Of a stretch of DNA of 64,000 nucleotides, positions 39,916 to 52,424 are shown piece after piece. This DNA comes from Octopus sinensis. Taxonomy: Eukaryota. The position numbers were made by a program, and so were the translations under genes. Location: NCBI RefSeq assembly GCF_006345805.1, contig NC_043003.1:60450001-60514000 (forward strand). The letters run 5' to 3'. The first letter of the stretch is position 1; the number at the start of each line of letters is the position of its first letter. The notes beneath the pieces are model-generated. The model searched no databases and had not been told where the DNA came from. It saw nothing but the letters and a program-made list of their open reading frames with translations.

Positions 39916-41132
39916 TAAATAAAAGGGAATTGCTGTAAAATTTATATGATTTATTAAGAATCCATACCTCATCGTATTTAAGAAAGAAAATAATATCATT
40001 ATTTGTGGTTACCAGCATTCAAAGGTATTGGATGGTTCTGTTTTACTAAACTTATCGATATGTCATACAGATGCATGCGATAAACTAACACTTCATTGTT
40101 TATTTACTTTTTTTATATTTTTAATTTGTTTTGCGTATTATTTCATTTTCGAGAAGGAAACCCCCGATACGTCACATTTCGCTTCTCCCCTTTGCACGAA
40201 CAGTTACCGAAACTTATGAACTACATTGTATATTTTTTGCCAATGTGGACCACCATTCGGACTCATTAAAAATATCTAGTATCTGCTACAGCCTTTGAAT
40301 TTGCAGATAATATTTAGAAGCGACATAGTCAATAGTTTTAAATATTTGCTCAGCCATATTTTCATTTTACCAATTTTAAGTAGTCTGAGAAAATGTAGGC
40401 TTCTTATGTTTGTTTTCTGTTTGTTTTCTTTTCAGTTTAGAGATAAAATATTAAATGTCACTTTTAATTTACGACCATTGAGAAAAAACTGCTTGTCATA
40501 ATTAGTTTATGGGTTGATAGAATGTTTGAGATATATATCTTTGAACAGAGGTTTAGTATAGAAAGAATATTTAATTATAGTCCTATCTATACGTTATTTT
40601 AAAACACACTCTAATATTCCAAACATTATATCGTCTGAACCAATTATCGCAACATATTCTCAAAATAGAAAATCAAATATTTGGCTGCAATATTACAGAC
40701 CATACTCAAAACAATTTCAAACCGATTTCAAGTCACAGTAAAAGGAAAAGATTATATTATATCATATGCCATTTGGTTTAATATACTCCGTCGGAAACAA
40801 ATGAGAAATCGATAAGAAGAAACACATTCAAAATTTGGAAAATGTAACGAAAGAGTATATAGAATGGAAGTTGTTTATTACAATCACGGGGAATAACTCT
40901 TTCTCATTTAGGAATAAGACCTGAAATTTGGGGTTGGGCTTAGTCGATTAAAATGACGCAATGTATGACTAGTATTTTATCGACGCCGGAAGAATCTGAA
41001 CTCAGAACGTATTGAAACGGAAAAAAATGCCGCTAAGTATTTCATACGATGTGCTAACAATTCTGCCAATATGCCGCTTCAATTACTGTGAATAATGCTA
41101 TTTATGTCGTCGTGAAATATATGTTATCATAA

Positions 41133-41415
41133 AGCGGCGAGCTGGCAGAAACGTTAGCACGCCGGGCGAAATGCTCAGCGGTATTTCGTCTGTTTTTACG
41201 TTCTGAGTTCAAATTCCGCCGAAGTCGACTTTGCCTTTCATTCTTTCGGGGTCGATAAATTAATTAACAGTTGCGTACTGGGGTCGATTTGATCGATTGG
41301 CCCCCTCCCCCAAAATTTCTAGTCTTGTACCTAGAATAGAAAAGAATATATATGTTATCATAAGGTGGCGAGCTGGCAGAATCGGTTTGTCTGTCCTTGT
41401 TTGTCCCCTCTGTGT
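41133..41415 (+). mobile_element. tRNA-SINE with TSD followed by an internally deleted SINE
   Basis: atatatgttatcataa at about 41117-41132 and 41348-41363; the second copy joins head directly to tail. Confidence 0.85.
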
Positions 41416-42394
41416 GGGACAACGTTTCACAGTGAAAAGCAACTTCACATGTGCTTCGGAGAACCTGACATACGTACTAACCTGCTCTGGGTGTCAAGAG
41501 CAATACATAGGCCAAACAAAAAACAGTCTATGTAAAAGAATGGCTCTGCACAGATCCCAGTTCTAAATTCGCCGAAACAGAAAAATAGCATTCAGCCAAC
41601 ACATAGACATTTGCACCAATTACAAAAATCCAAGCTTCAGAATTTTCCCTCTCTACCAATTCAGGGACACAAACACACACGCAAATATTAAAAACGATAC
41701 ACTCAAGAGATTCCCATGAATTCATTAAAAAGAGTTCCAATCACAGCTATAATCCATAACGAGTCACTTTTAGGTCACTTAACCATTTAACACCTTACTG
41801 CTATCCTACTACCTACATTCCTTCTTATTCTCCCTTCTCTTTCTTCTTCTTCTTCTTCTTCTTCTTCTCTTCTTCTTCTTCTTCCTCGTCTTCCTCATCT
41901 TCGCCATCTCCTTCCTAACTTTACCACTATTTTTGTTTAGAATAACACCTACGCGAATTTTATGAACAAAACATTCAAAAGAGATGTTTCAGGAATTCAA
42001 TCACTACTACCATCCACAACGGTCAGTTTCAGGGCACTTGACCATTTAACATACTACTATCATGGCACTCCCACATTCTTCTTCTTCTTCTTCTTCTTCT
42101 TCTTCTTCTTCTTCTTCTTCTTCTTCTTCTTCTTCTTCTTCTTCTTCCCTACCAAGAATTCACAATGACCTCGAACCTACAAGAGTAAATAAGAGAGACA
42201 GAAACAAGCAGAAACAAGGAAAATGCCACTTGTATTTGAACACTGCAAATTTTCTTTTAAAAAACGTTTTTTTAACTTTTCCAAAATCTAATTGTTTTCC
42301 ATACTGATAGCTGAAAAAGTCTCAGTGACTGAAACTGGTACTGAAATGTATTTTATAAAATTATTTTAGCATTTTCTATTTTGACTTCTTTTCA

Positions 42395-42395
<1 letters not shown>
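41416..42395 (+). mobile_element. 5'-truncated Penelope-like element: GIY-YIG endonuclease C-terminus plus 3' terminal repeat
   Basis: FTVKSNFTCASENLTYVLTCSGCQEQYIGQTKNSLCKRMALHRSQ...FSQHIDIC...FRIFP; frameshifted; hammerhead motif near the 3' end. Confidence 0.85.
42301..42351 (+). ncRNA. Degenerate type-I hammerhead (G8A)
   Basis: ATAC-TGA-TAG / CTG-AAAT-GTAT bipartite stem I; core CTGAAAA; stem II AGTC(TCAGT)GACT; GAAA; stem III AC(TG)GT; GUA site. Confidence 0.55.
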
Positions 42396-42905
<510 letters not shown>

Positions 42906-45609
42906 ACTTCTGTTACAATATTCTCTGATGTGAAGTCGTGTGCTGAAACAGATATCGTTGTATTTCGGCAAGGTTACTTTTTTCTTTTTTCTTTTTGCTT
43001 TTTTGGCAAATGTATAACGAAAGATTTCCGGACAATGGACATGAGTTCAAACAAGAAGATTAGAAAACGAGTGAAGAACGACTATATTGTTCCTGTATTT
43101 ATTTGGGGAAAAAATGACCAGCCAGAAATACAATGATATATATACGACGGGCTTCCACTGTTTTCGCCTACCAAATTTAATCACATATTAGTCAACTCGA
43201 GACTTTAGTAGAAAACATTTGTGCAAGATGGTTGCAAAGTGCAGGTGGTTGCAAAGTAAGCTTCTTGACCACAAAACCATGTATAGTTTTTCCTGCTGTC
43301 CAAATCGGGCCTGATTAAACAGGTCTCTATACAAAGCCATTCTAGCAATGAAGATTACCTCTTTTAATTTCGAGATTTGGTTACTGTTGATGTTTTGTTA
43401 AGTATATACATTATAATCATTAAGCTTAGATCAAAACTATAAAATATTCTATTTCTCACTGAAATTATGTTGGGGCTTTTTATAGGAAATTAATATTTTT
43501 ACAGAACTTCAACAAGGCCATTAGTCCTCACTACAAATAGTTGTGAAGAAATTTTATAATGGCTTAAGCATAGTGCCGATGTCTGTTTTCAAAGACTCTT
43601 ACATTGCCAGGAGAGACAGGATTTATCCTCAGATCGAAATCCTAACCCAAATACTTGCAAACCAGAGAACCTAAGGGCCTGATGGCGCTGTTAAATCGGA
43701 TGGCGAACAAAATCATTAACCTAAGAAATCTAAGAAGAACTGTTCTTCAGATGAGACTTCTTGTAGTTTCGGCCTACAACATTTATTCTCCAGGCTTTGA
43801 TCGACCCGAATCTATTATAAAAAATATTTTTGAAAAGTGCTGTATACAGTACGACTGAATCCGAAATAACCCACCTACGGAACGAAATTTTAGCTGCAGG
43901 ACCTTACACAGCTGAACAATCAGGAGTTTCCCCACATTCCGTTGAGTAACAGGCACACATTTTATTAGTTTGTATAGCCGAATGTATATTCTTTTATGAG
44001 ATACTACTTCGAGAAAACTGGATTTAATAATAACTTGCTCTAAATATTCAACATCATGAGTAAGTGTCCTAAGATGTGTCCACGTGCCACCGTGCCATGG
44101 TACGGAATGTTTGCTTCGTATTTGGTGTTGCACTTTTTTATCATGTTTTTCTTCCTTTTCCCCTTCCACAATATTTCCTTTTCATGGCCAGCAATTTTGA
44201 GCGCTAAGGAAGTCGATTACACAGACCCCAGTTCTCAACTAGCATATATTTTATCAATCCCAAAAAATAAATAAAGAAGTGAAAGGCAAAATCGACCTCA
44301 GTAGTATCCGAACTCAGAAGAAATGTCGCTAGTCCTTTTGTCCGACATGCTAACGAGTCTTCCAGTCCACCATCTTACTCTTCCGCAATAATTCAAATAA
44401 AGATATGTTCTGCTTATAATTATGTATTAATTCACACCATGTAGCTAATATATCTATGTTTTCATTTTTAGCAGAAAGAAGAAACTTAATTCATGTATAA
44501 CTTACACAAAATAAAATAAAACACATGGAGAAAACTATCAAAGATTGAAAAATAAAGAAATAACATAAAGAAAAATACTTCATATGCCGACGAAGATAAA
44601 ACATGGAGGCGCTAAGCCTCGTTTAAAAAATTATATATTCTTAACAATATGCAAATTTTGTTTATGTACTATTGATTACCGCGATGAAGGATATGATAAT
44701 TAACACTTTGTTGGCATCCTTGTAAACTACGTGTTAACTTCAAATTTCCCGGTGGACTACAGATCTTATCAAATTTTTAAAGCAAATAATTTTCAAAAGC
44801 CGAACTGTGCACTAGATGAAAGCTGCGATGTAGGAACTGTCTGTACAATGAAGCTTGTTGACTCGTGATAAAACTAACAATAGACAGTAGCTGTGCACTG
44901 AAGACAAAATTCTCTGCATAAAACAGATAGTTAAAATTGATATTTGAAAGTTTGCTTCACTTTTGTTTTAATTTTATATGTTTCAATACATTATATTTGT
45001 TTTGTTTTAATTATGTTCTCTTTTATTTTATTATTAGTCTTAAACATTATATTTGCTTATTTGTTCGCTTTCCAATGAGAAACATGGCATCTTAGATCGA
45101 AATAAGACGAGAATAACTATAAAAGAAAGGAATAAATAAAATTTTAAAATGTCTAAAATGTTGTTGGTACAAGCTGAAAGTAGTAAATAGGTGCTTGTTG
45201 ATTCTATAGGCGGCAACCAGTACAAAAGAAGCATCAGCTGATTACTTCATTGTCCAAACAGCTGCTCCAAAGTTAATTAATCAAAGGCAAGGTCGAATGT
45301 TTCACAGTAAATGAAGAGGAATACGTATTTCGGAGACGTTTAAAGACTGGTAAATGTTAAGAGACTGAAAGAGGGAGAAGAAGAAACCGCTGAAAGAAAG
45401 GAAAAACGACACGTAGAAAGGTAAAGGTGAGAAAATGTGGTGAAACCCGGAAAATAGAACGAAAAGTCAAGAAATGAAAAAGAAAATAAGTTCACAGTTC
45501 TGTGGCTAGTAGTACTATTTCTGAAAGGAAGTCTATTAATGTGTAGTCTACAGACTACACACGTACATTCACACACTTATACACACATGTAATGTGTGAA
45601 TATATATAT

Positions 45610-45677
<68 letters not shown>

Positions 45678-45798
45678 GTATGTATGTATGTATGTATGTA
45701 TGTATGTACGTATATATGTATGTGTGTGTGTCTGTCTGAATAAATATGTATATTTGTGTATCGAAGTATGCATGTATGTCGGGATAGATTGATGTATA

Positions 45799-45837
<39 letters not shown>

Positions 45838-46349
45838 GTGTGTGTGTAAAACGTGTTCACTCGCAGAGAAAAACATATTTAACTATCGGTGAGTCTTTAT
45901 ATTTAATTACATAGCTCTATGTGCGAGCGCGCGTGTGTTTGTATGAGTCTGTGTGTAAGCGCCGGCGTCTGAGTGTATGTGTGTGCCTGTATGTGCGCGC
46001 GCGTTTGTAATCTTTCACGAAATGGAAAACGTCATAAAGGGAACATCATAGACTTAGAATTGCTACATAAAAACAGTAATTTAAAATTAACTACACTTAT
46101 TTAAATACAACATTTTGAAAACAGTCCCAGTTTAGCTGCTCAACCGTGTTTACATATACATGGAGTACCACTCTGGTATATTCAGCCACACAAAGTACAT
46201 AAATTTTAACACGGTATCATTTACTTGCAATATGATTACAAAACGGATACAGAAACAATTACAACAAATAATAAAGTTGTGAGATATTTATTCATTCATC
46301 TTCTTCTCCTTATTCAACTGAATCTTAATACATCATATATATATATATA

Positions 46350-46600
46350 TATAAAATAATATGTTACGTTACTCGATAGTCAAGATAAAACTCTGAGTTT
46401 CAGATGCCGAAGTGGGAATCCGCAACGTCATCTCTTCAGCCAGATAACCGAAGAGATGACTTTGTGGATTTCCGCTTCGGCATCTGAAACTCAGAGTTTT
46501 ATCTTGACTATCGAGTAACGTAACATATTATTTTATAGATAAATTTCCTCTATTTACATAATATTGAGGTCTCTTTCTTTCTTTTGTTATCTTACCGTTT
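46350..46600. mobile_element. Fold-back Penelope-type terminal repeat (88-bp arms 46350-46437 and 46450-46537, unique tail to about 46600)
   Basis: 84/88 complementary arms with a 12-nt spacer; contains a hammerhead motif. Confidence 0.85.
46442..46504 (+). ncRNA. Variant type-I hammerhead (core CCGAAGA, extended stem II)
   Basis: Stem I AGATAA/TTATCT; stem II GATG...CATC plus bulged T; GAAA; near-palindromic stem III ACTC-A-GAGT; GUU site, predicted cut after 46498. Confidence 0.55.
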
Positions 46601-46830
46601 TACCAATATATATATTTTGTGAAATAGAAAGATGAATAATCTTGTTGCAGATTAATCAAAAGTTTAACCGATACCTTGGTAGCAAAAATCACAGCAGAAG
46701 ACAGCACGGTTGGAGGTACAACCATATGGTGTTGCAACCATGCGTTGGTGCGGATAATTGAATTTTAATATTATTAGTGAATTGAAGAAATGGAGTTGAA
46801 CGAAGATTGAACAGAAATCGTTTTATTGCA

Positions 46831-46910
46831 TTCTACACGTGTTTCGAAAGCCACAATTTACCAAATTCCGATTGAATAAGGAGACCATATTGTGTCTTTC
46901 TCTTCAGGAA
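46831..46910 (-). ncRNA. Type-I hammerhead with large stem-II insertion (more intact copy)
   Basis: TTC-CTGAAGA-GAAAG...CTTTC-GAAA-palindromic ACACGTGT-A-GAA; GUA site. Confidence 0.7.
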
Positions 46911-47089
46911 GAAATAGGAAATCCGTTGGCAAAAACAAAAACAGAACAGAGGCGCAGCAAAACAAATCGAACGAGGCTCCTAAGAGCCCATGGCCAAACA
47001 GTTTGGCCATGGGCTCTAAGGAGCCTCGTTCAATTTGTTTTGCTGCGCCTCTGTTCTGTTTTTGTTTTTGCCAACGGATTTCCTATTTC

Positions 47090-47168
47090 TTCCTGAAGAG
47101 AAAGACACAATATGGTCTCCTTATTCAATCGGAATTTGGTAAATTGTGGCTTCGAAACACGTGTAGAA
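47090..47168 (+). ncRNA. Type-I hammerhead, mirror copy (one T missing from stem II)
   Basis: Core CTGAAGA 47093-99; GAAA 47154-57; ACACGTGT 47157-64; predicted cut after A47165. Confidence 0.65.
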
Positions 47169-47222
47169 TGCAATAAAACGATTTTCTGTTCAATCTTCGT
47201 TCAACTCCATTTCTTCAATTCA

Positions 47223-47311
<89 letters not shown>

Positions 47312-47758
47312 CATATATATACATATGTAAATATATACATATATATACATACATGTATGTATGTGTATGAAAGATGTATGCAACCACCAAGTTGCATTAA
47401 AACGAATGGACATGTATGTTGTCGCTTGCTTTGCTAGGGAGAATAGCCAGAACTCCCTTAAGCTAAAGCCTACAATCATTTTAAAAAGATGTTGAATAAC
47501 GAATATGCTAAACAACTCAACAATACATTATTCGTTGTACGAGTAAGGCGTGTAGCGTCATGCACGGCATGCACGTACATATATACATACATACAATAAT
47601 GTATACATACATATATACATACAATAATGCATACATACATACATACATACATACATACATACATACATGCATACATACATACATACATACATACATACAT
47701 ACATACATACATACATACATACATACATACATACATACATACATACATACATACATAC

Positions 47759-47848
47759 ATTGATACTGATATTGTATTGCTTGAGGCGGCAACATCATCA
47801 CATCTGAGGTTGCGACTTCCGGCTTAGATCCTCTTGTTCCGTTGTACG
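47759..47848 (-). CDS. Candidate 90-nt symmetric (phase 1-1) coding exon of an unidentified gene
   Basis: ttttcatttttctgtctag|CG TAC AAC...CAA T|gtatgt; only the phase-1 frame is open: xYNGTRGSKPEVATSDVMMLPPQAIQYQYQx. Confidence 0.45.
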
Positions 47849-48333
47849 CTAGACAGAAAAATGAAAACTAAACTCTGAAAGTAAAACAAAGAGCCATATT
47901 CCTGCAGCTATTGCAATCATTAGAATACGTTGCAAAATCGAATAAAAGCGGTCAACGTCGTTTTTAACCGTTCAAGAGGAGATAACTTTCTACTGAAAAT
48001 GGGTAAATTTCTAAACTGCTGCGATGGGAATTGTAGGTGCGTTGATTTTGACGGTGATACGCAGGTGTTGGTACTGGAACACGTTTTTGAATTGGTGATG
48101 CTGGTATTGATGTAGATGGTCGTAGTACTTGTGATATGAGAAAATATATTATTAATGGAGTGGCAGATTTGTTACAATGTCGGAAACAATGCTTGACGGT
48201 CTTTGTTCCGAGTCTTTAAATGCTGGATTTAAAAAATGCTGAGATAAACATTTTGAGAGGAAGAAAGGGCATGAGAGATAAATAGAGATTCTAAAATGTT
48301 TCATATGTAAATGAAATACATTTAGATGTATAG

Positions 48334-48428
48334 AAAGAGCGAGAGAGGGGGGAGAGGGGGAGGGGAGGGGAGGGGAGAGCGGGGGGAGAGAGGGGGGAGA
48401 GAGGGGAGAGAACGGGAGAGAGAGAGAT
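48334..48428. repeat. G/A-rich purine tract with G4/H-DNA potential
   Basis: Multiple G4-G6 runs separated by short A/AGA linkers. Confidence 0.8.
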
Positions 48429-49319
48429 TAGAGTGTATTGAAAATAATTTTTTTTTCTTTTATTGATAAAGAAAACAACAGAATCACAAAAGAAAGATCA
48501 TATAACCTGAAATGTCTAAGATGGAGTTGTCGCTTTTATATGAAACAAATACAATAGCGAAAGTATATGATATTTTCGATAAATCAACGAAGTAATCGTT
48601 ATTCTAGTACATGTGACTCCTACTAGAATGATTGTTGATACAAGGCAGTTAACGTTCTCCAAACTACGTGAGGCGGAATTACATATTTGAATTTAAGGAA
48701 TTACGAGAAAAACGTTACATGGAATACACGTATTTGATTTTTCAGTGTGTGTTTACTAATAACGAAAGTCTTTACTTCGTAATTATGTACAACGTTCCTC
48801 AAAGAGTTAGATGTTATGTAGGATAAAAACAATGTTCATTACGCCAAAATTTCTCTGAGCCAAGACAGCCATAACCAAATAGTGCTGGATCAACGAAAAA
48901 CCAAAATCGGGTGCGTCACAATTTCTCTAATCCTTTTTCCCGTTACATTCTGTATTTGATTTGAAGCTCATGACCTACTTTTATGTGCTTTATCTTTATT
49001 TTACAAAATTCAAGAATTCTCAAAGAAATTTCGATGAGCTGATATTCTTAAAGTTATTTTCTTTGTCGTTTTCATTTTTAGACTTTAAAACACCCCTGTA
49101 GGGAGTTTAATCTGCTAATTTCAAGAATAATCTCAGATAACTTCAGTTTTTCAAGTTATTGTTTCACTTCAGTAAACAGGTCTTATATCATTGCTGAAGC
49201 CGAACCTCAAATCAGACCTGGTTCTGCAGACCTATGATAAAGGTAGTCCAACCATGACCATCCCGTTATTTTAATGCAGAATTACATTGTCTTTTTTTTT
49301 GTTTGTTTTATTTGCTTCA

Positions 49320-50900
49320 GCCATCTGAGTTAGTATCGCTGGTGATGTGGCCAAACTTTTCATGGTATGGTGGGACAGAAGGCTTAAAGAACGCCTGACA
49401 CAGAACTCCATACTCGTGAATATATACTCTCGCTATGTCGATGATATCAACGTAGTGGTAAAGACAACCCCACAAGAGAGTACTCTTGAAATAGAAATAG
49501 AAACTAATACTATAGAGAGCATCCAGCAAATAGCTAACTCTATCCACCAGAGTATTAAGGTCACGATAGACTACCCTACAAAACACCCTACCCAGAGACT
49601 ACCAGTACTAGATACAGAACTCTGGCTGGAAACTGAGCATAACAAAACCCGAATCTTTCATTCACACTATGCCAAACCTATGGCCTCCAAATACCTGATC
49701 CACCGGAACTCAGCTATCGCGGACAATGCCAAATTCGATATATTGATGGCAGACCTCATCAGAACAATGCGAAATGTGTCCCGCATGTGCGACCCTACAG
49801 AGATAAGGAGACACATAAAACATTTCGTTCACCGCAGTTTTCAGGATACAGCCATAGAGAAAGGATCAGAGTATACAAAGGAGCCATGAGAAAATTTGAA
49901 ACTATCATACATAACCACAGGTATGGCATTTGCCCACTCTATACGAGTAAGTCATAGAACACCATTGAAAGGACTAAGAAGAAAATAGGGATAGCCACAA
50001 ATACCAGAATGTCATGTTCAGCGACACCAACCCTAGAGGCGAACTGGCATACCGTTTTAGAAGGGCGCTAGACAAACTTAAGCTAAGAATTAAGTAGAAC
50101 CCCCTACTGATAGGAACTGTACTGTATGTGGATTTAGCCCACAAACAAACTGTAAAGCCAGAAATATAGTCTATAGTATAAGATGTACAGAGGGATTGTG
50201 CAGTAACAAGACAACGACGTATGTAGGAGGAACAACAGGGAGCATAAGAGAGCGGGTAAATGAGCATCGTTCCAGTACCAGCACGCCGAGCAGGAACACG
50301 AGGGTTCACTCAACACCATAGAAGTTAAAATCTTGTCCACACATAGAACAGACGCAACGCTTAGACAAATTACGGAAGCTACACACATAATAGATGATAA
50401 ACCTAGCCTGAATAGGAAACTGGAATGGAACACTAGCACACACCACAACATATGACAGAATAAGATCCTCATAAACTGATAACAATATGAACTAAATATA
50501 ATACAATACACATAAAAAATGAAATCAAATAAATATATACATTAACAAAATAAATTAAAATAAACTAAATACAAAAAAATGAAAGACTAGAAAAAATAAG
50601 TAGGTATAAACACATGAACAAAATAAAAACAAATTAAACGAACGTGAATAAAACAGGGGATACAGATAATACAGGCACTTTCTCCCCCTCCCCACACACA
50701 CACACTTAATAAACATAGACACACATAGGTGTATACTCATGCACAAATAAAGAGACATGTAATAGGAATCCAAAATGGCTGATCATTAGTAAGGAAACAC
50801 ACACAAATAAGAAAGAAGAAAGCAAAGGACCACGGATGAGGTCACAGAAGTGTGACGAAAGAACTCTAGCCGAACTACGATTAATATAAAATAAAGCTGA
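49320..50900 (+). mobile_element. 5'-truncated Penelope-like element: RT C-terminal half, GIY-YIG, 3' terminal repeat
   Basis: AI*VSIAGDVA...SRYVDD...LPVLD...YAKPMAS; frameshift to QFSGY...PLY; IVYSIRC...YVGGT...RVNEH...EATHI...PSLN; stop codons present. Confidence 0.9.
50833..50868 (+). ncRNA. Degenerate hammerhead-like motif in the Penelope 3' repeat
   Basis: CGGATGA-G-GTCAC(AGAAGT)GTGAC-GAAA-GAACTCT-A; stem III AGAACTCT is one change from a palindrome; stem I not evident. Confidence 0.4.
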
Positions 50901-50924
50901 AGCAAATTAATACCAAATATATAG

Positions 50925-51348
50925 TGCGTGTATTATGGTTCCGGGTTCAGTCCCACTGCGTGGCACCTTAGGCAAGTGTCTTCTACTAAAACCTCGGGCC
51001 AACCAAAGCCTTGGGAGTGGATTAGGTAGACGGAAACAGAAAGAAGCCTATCGTATATATGTATCTGTATATATATTTGTGTGTGTGTGTGTGTGTTTTC
51101 TCCCTACCATCGCTTGATAACCGATGTTGATGTGTTCATGTTCTCGGTACCTATGGGTTCGGCAAATGAGAACCAATAAAATAAGTACAATGCTTACAAA
51201 GAATAAGTCCTTGGTTCGACTTGTTCGACTAAAGGCGGTGCTCCAGCATGGCCGCTGTCAAATGACTGAACCAAAAGAATAAAAGAATATATATATATAT
51301 ATATGCGTGCGTGTGTGTGTATACATATTTGTATACATTTGTTTGTTT

Positions 51349-51379
<31 letters not shown>

Positions 51380-51590
51380 GTGTGTTTGAGTATGCGCGTG
51401 TGTGTGTTTTGTTTGTCATCCGGCGTCGCTTGATAACCTCTTGTTTTGTTTATGTTCCCGTAATTTTAGCGATTCGGCAAAGGGGACCTATGGAATAAGT
51501 ACTGAGGGGCCTTAATTCATGACTAAAATCCTGCAAGGTGGCGCTCAGGCAAGGCCGCAGTCTAGTGATTTGAAACAAGTATAAGTTAAA
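50925..51590 (+). mobile_element. CORE-type SINE plus a second 3' half
   Basis: ggttccgggttcagtcccactgcgtggcaccttaggcaagtg...ccagcatggccgc. Confidence 0.8.
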
Positions 51591-51839
51591 AGATTAATGT
51601 TAATTTATGATAAGTATCTCTCTGATACTAAGGAGAAATCTGGACTGAGATTCACACTCTCTCTATCGCTCCCTCTCTTTTTCTCATCCCCACTCTTTCA
51701 CTCTTTCTCTTTCAAGAATAAACTAAATTATGATATTAGCTTTCTAAGAAACTAAATCAAAAACACAATGTCAAACAAAAACGAAACTATGTTAAGTAAA
51801 GTTTATACGACGCTCATTGTCTGAGGGAGAAATATTTAC

Positions 51840-51878
51840 AGGAAGTTAGGCTTGACAGAATATCTAGAGAATAAATAT
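51840..51878 (-). CDS. Candidate 39-nt symmetric exon
   Basis: Very strong acceptor tttttttcctctgtatttacag|, moderate donor CCT|gtaaat; phase-1 frame xIYSLDILSSLTS is compatible with the 47848 exon; an upstream donor CAG|gtatga lies at 52035. Confidence 0.2.
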
Positions 51879-52089
51879 CTGTAAATACAGAGGAAAAAAA
51901 TTAAAAAAATAGCATTGCAATGCAGCAGACTATATGTCATTTGTTTTATAGAGAACAGAAAACACCTGCCAGCACTGTAGAAGCAGCGATGTCGTATTGA
52001 AGACATCCGTTGCAACTGGTTTTACTAAATCATACCTGCTCGTTTAGCTGAGAGCACATGAATTATGGCTGCTGCTTCGATTCTGACCT

Positions 52090-52103
52090 CTTGCTGCTGC
52101 TGT

Positions 52104-52188
<85 letters not shown>

Positions 52189-52255
52189 TTTTCTGCTGCT
52201 GCTACTACTACTACTACTACTACTGCTACTGCTGCTGCTGCTGCTGCCGCTGTAG
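52090..52255. repeat. (CTG)/(CTA)/(ATA) trinucleotide mosaic
   Basis: Direct inspection. Confidence 0.95.
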
Positions 52256-52424
52256 CTGCTTCTGCTGCGGCGGGGGGTTGTTTGCACCGTTTATGGCGAT
52301 GGATTTAGCAGAATCGTTCCAGCGCCGTTTTAGGCCTTCACATTCTGAGTTCAAATTGCGCCGTAGTTAATCTTGCCTTTTTATCATTTCGGTTTCGATG
52401 AAATAAAAGAACCCGTTAAATAAT

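Larger units (their letters stand above)
46772..47228. mobile_element. 457-bp near-perfect palindrome of a hammerhead-bearing terminal repeat
   Basis: 228-bp arms around a single A at 47000; I count 3 differences (1 substitution, 2 single-base indels). Confidence 0.95.

Noticed and set aside
41297-41566. 89-aa ORF with a GIY-YIG motif as a host nuclease gene
   Set aside because: N-terminus is SINE sequence, the domain is frameshifted, and the start is non-ATG
43780-43960. KSAVYSTTESEITHLRNEILAA resembling a Tc1 transposase C-terminus
   Set aside because: Similarity too short; no TIRs or upstream DDE motifs found
49285-49889. Polypyrimidine-CAG directly before the Penelope RT, suggesting exonisation or domestication
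   Set aside because: In-frame TGA at the AIG motif, a frameshift near 49835 and later stops indicate ordinary decay
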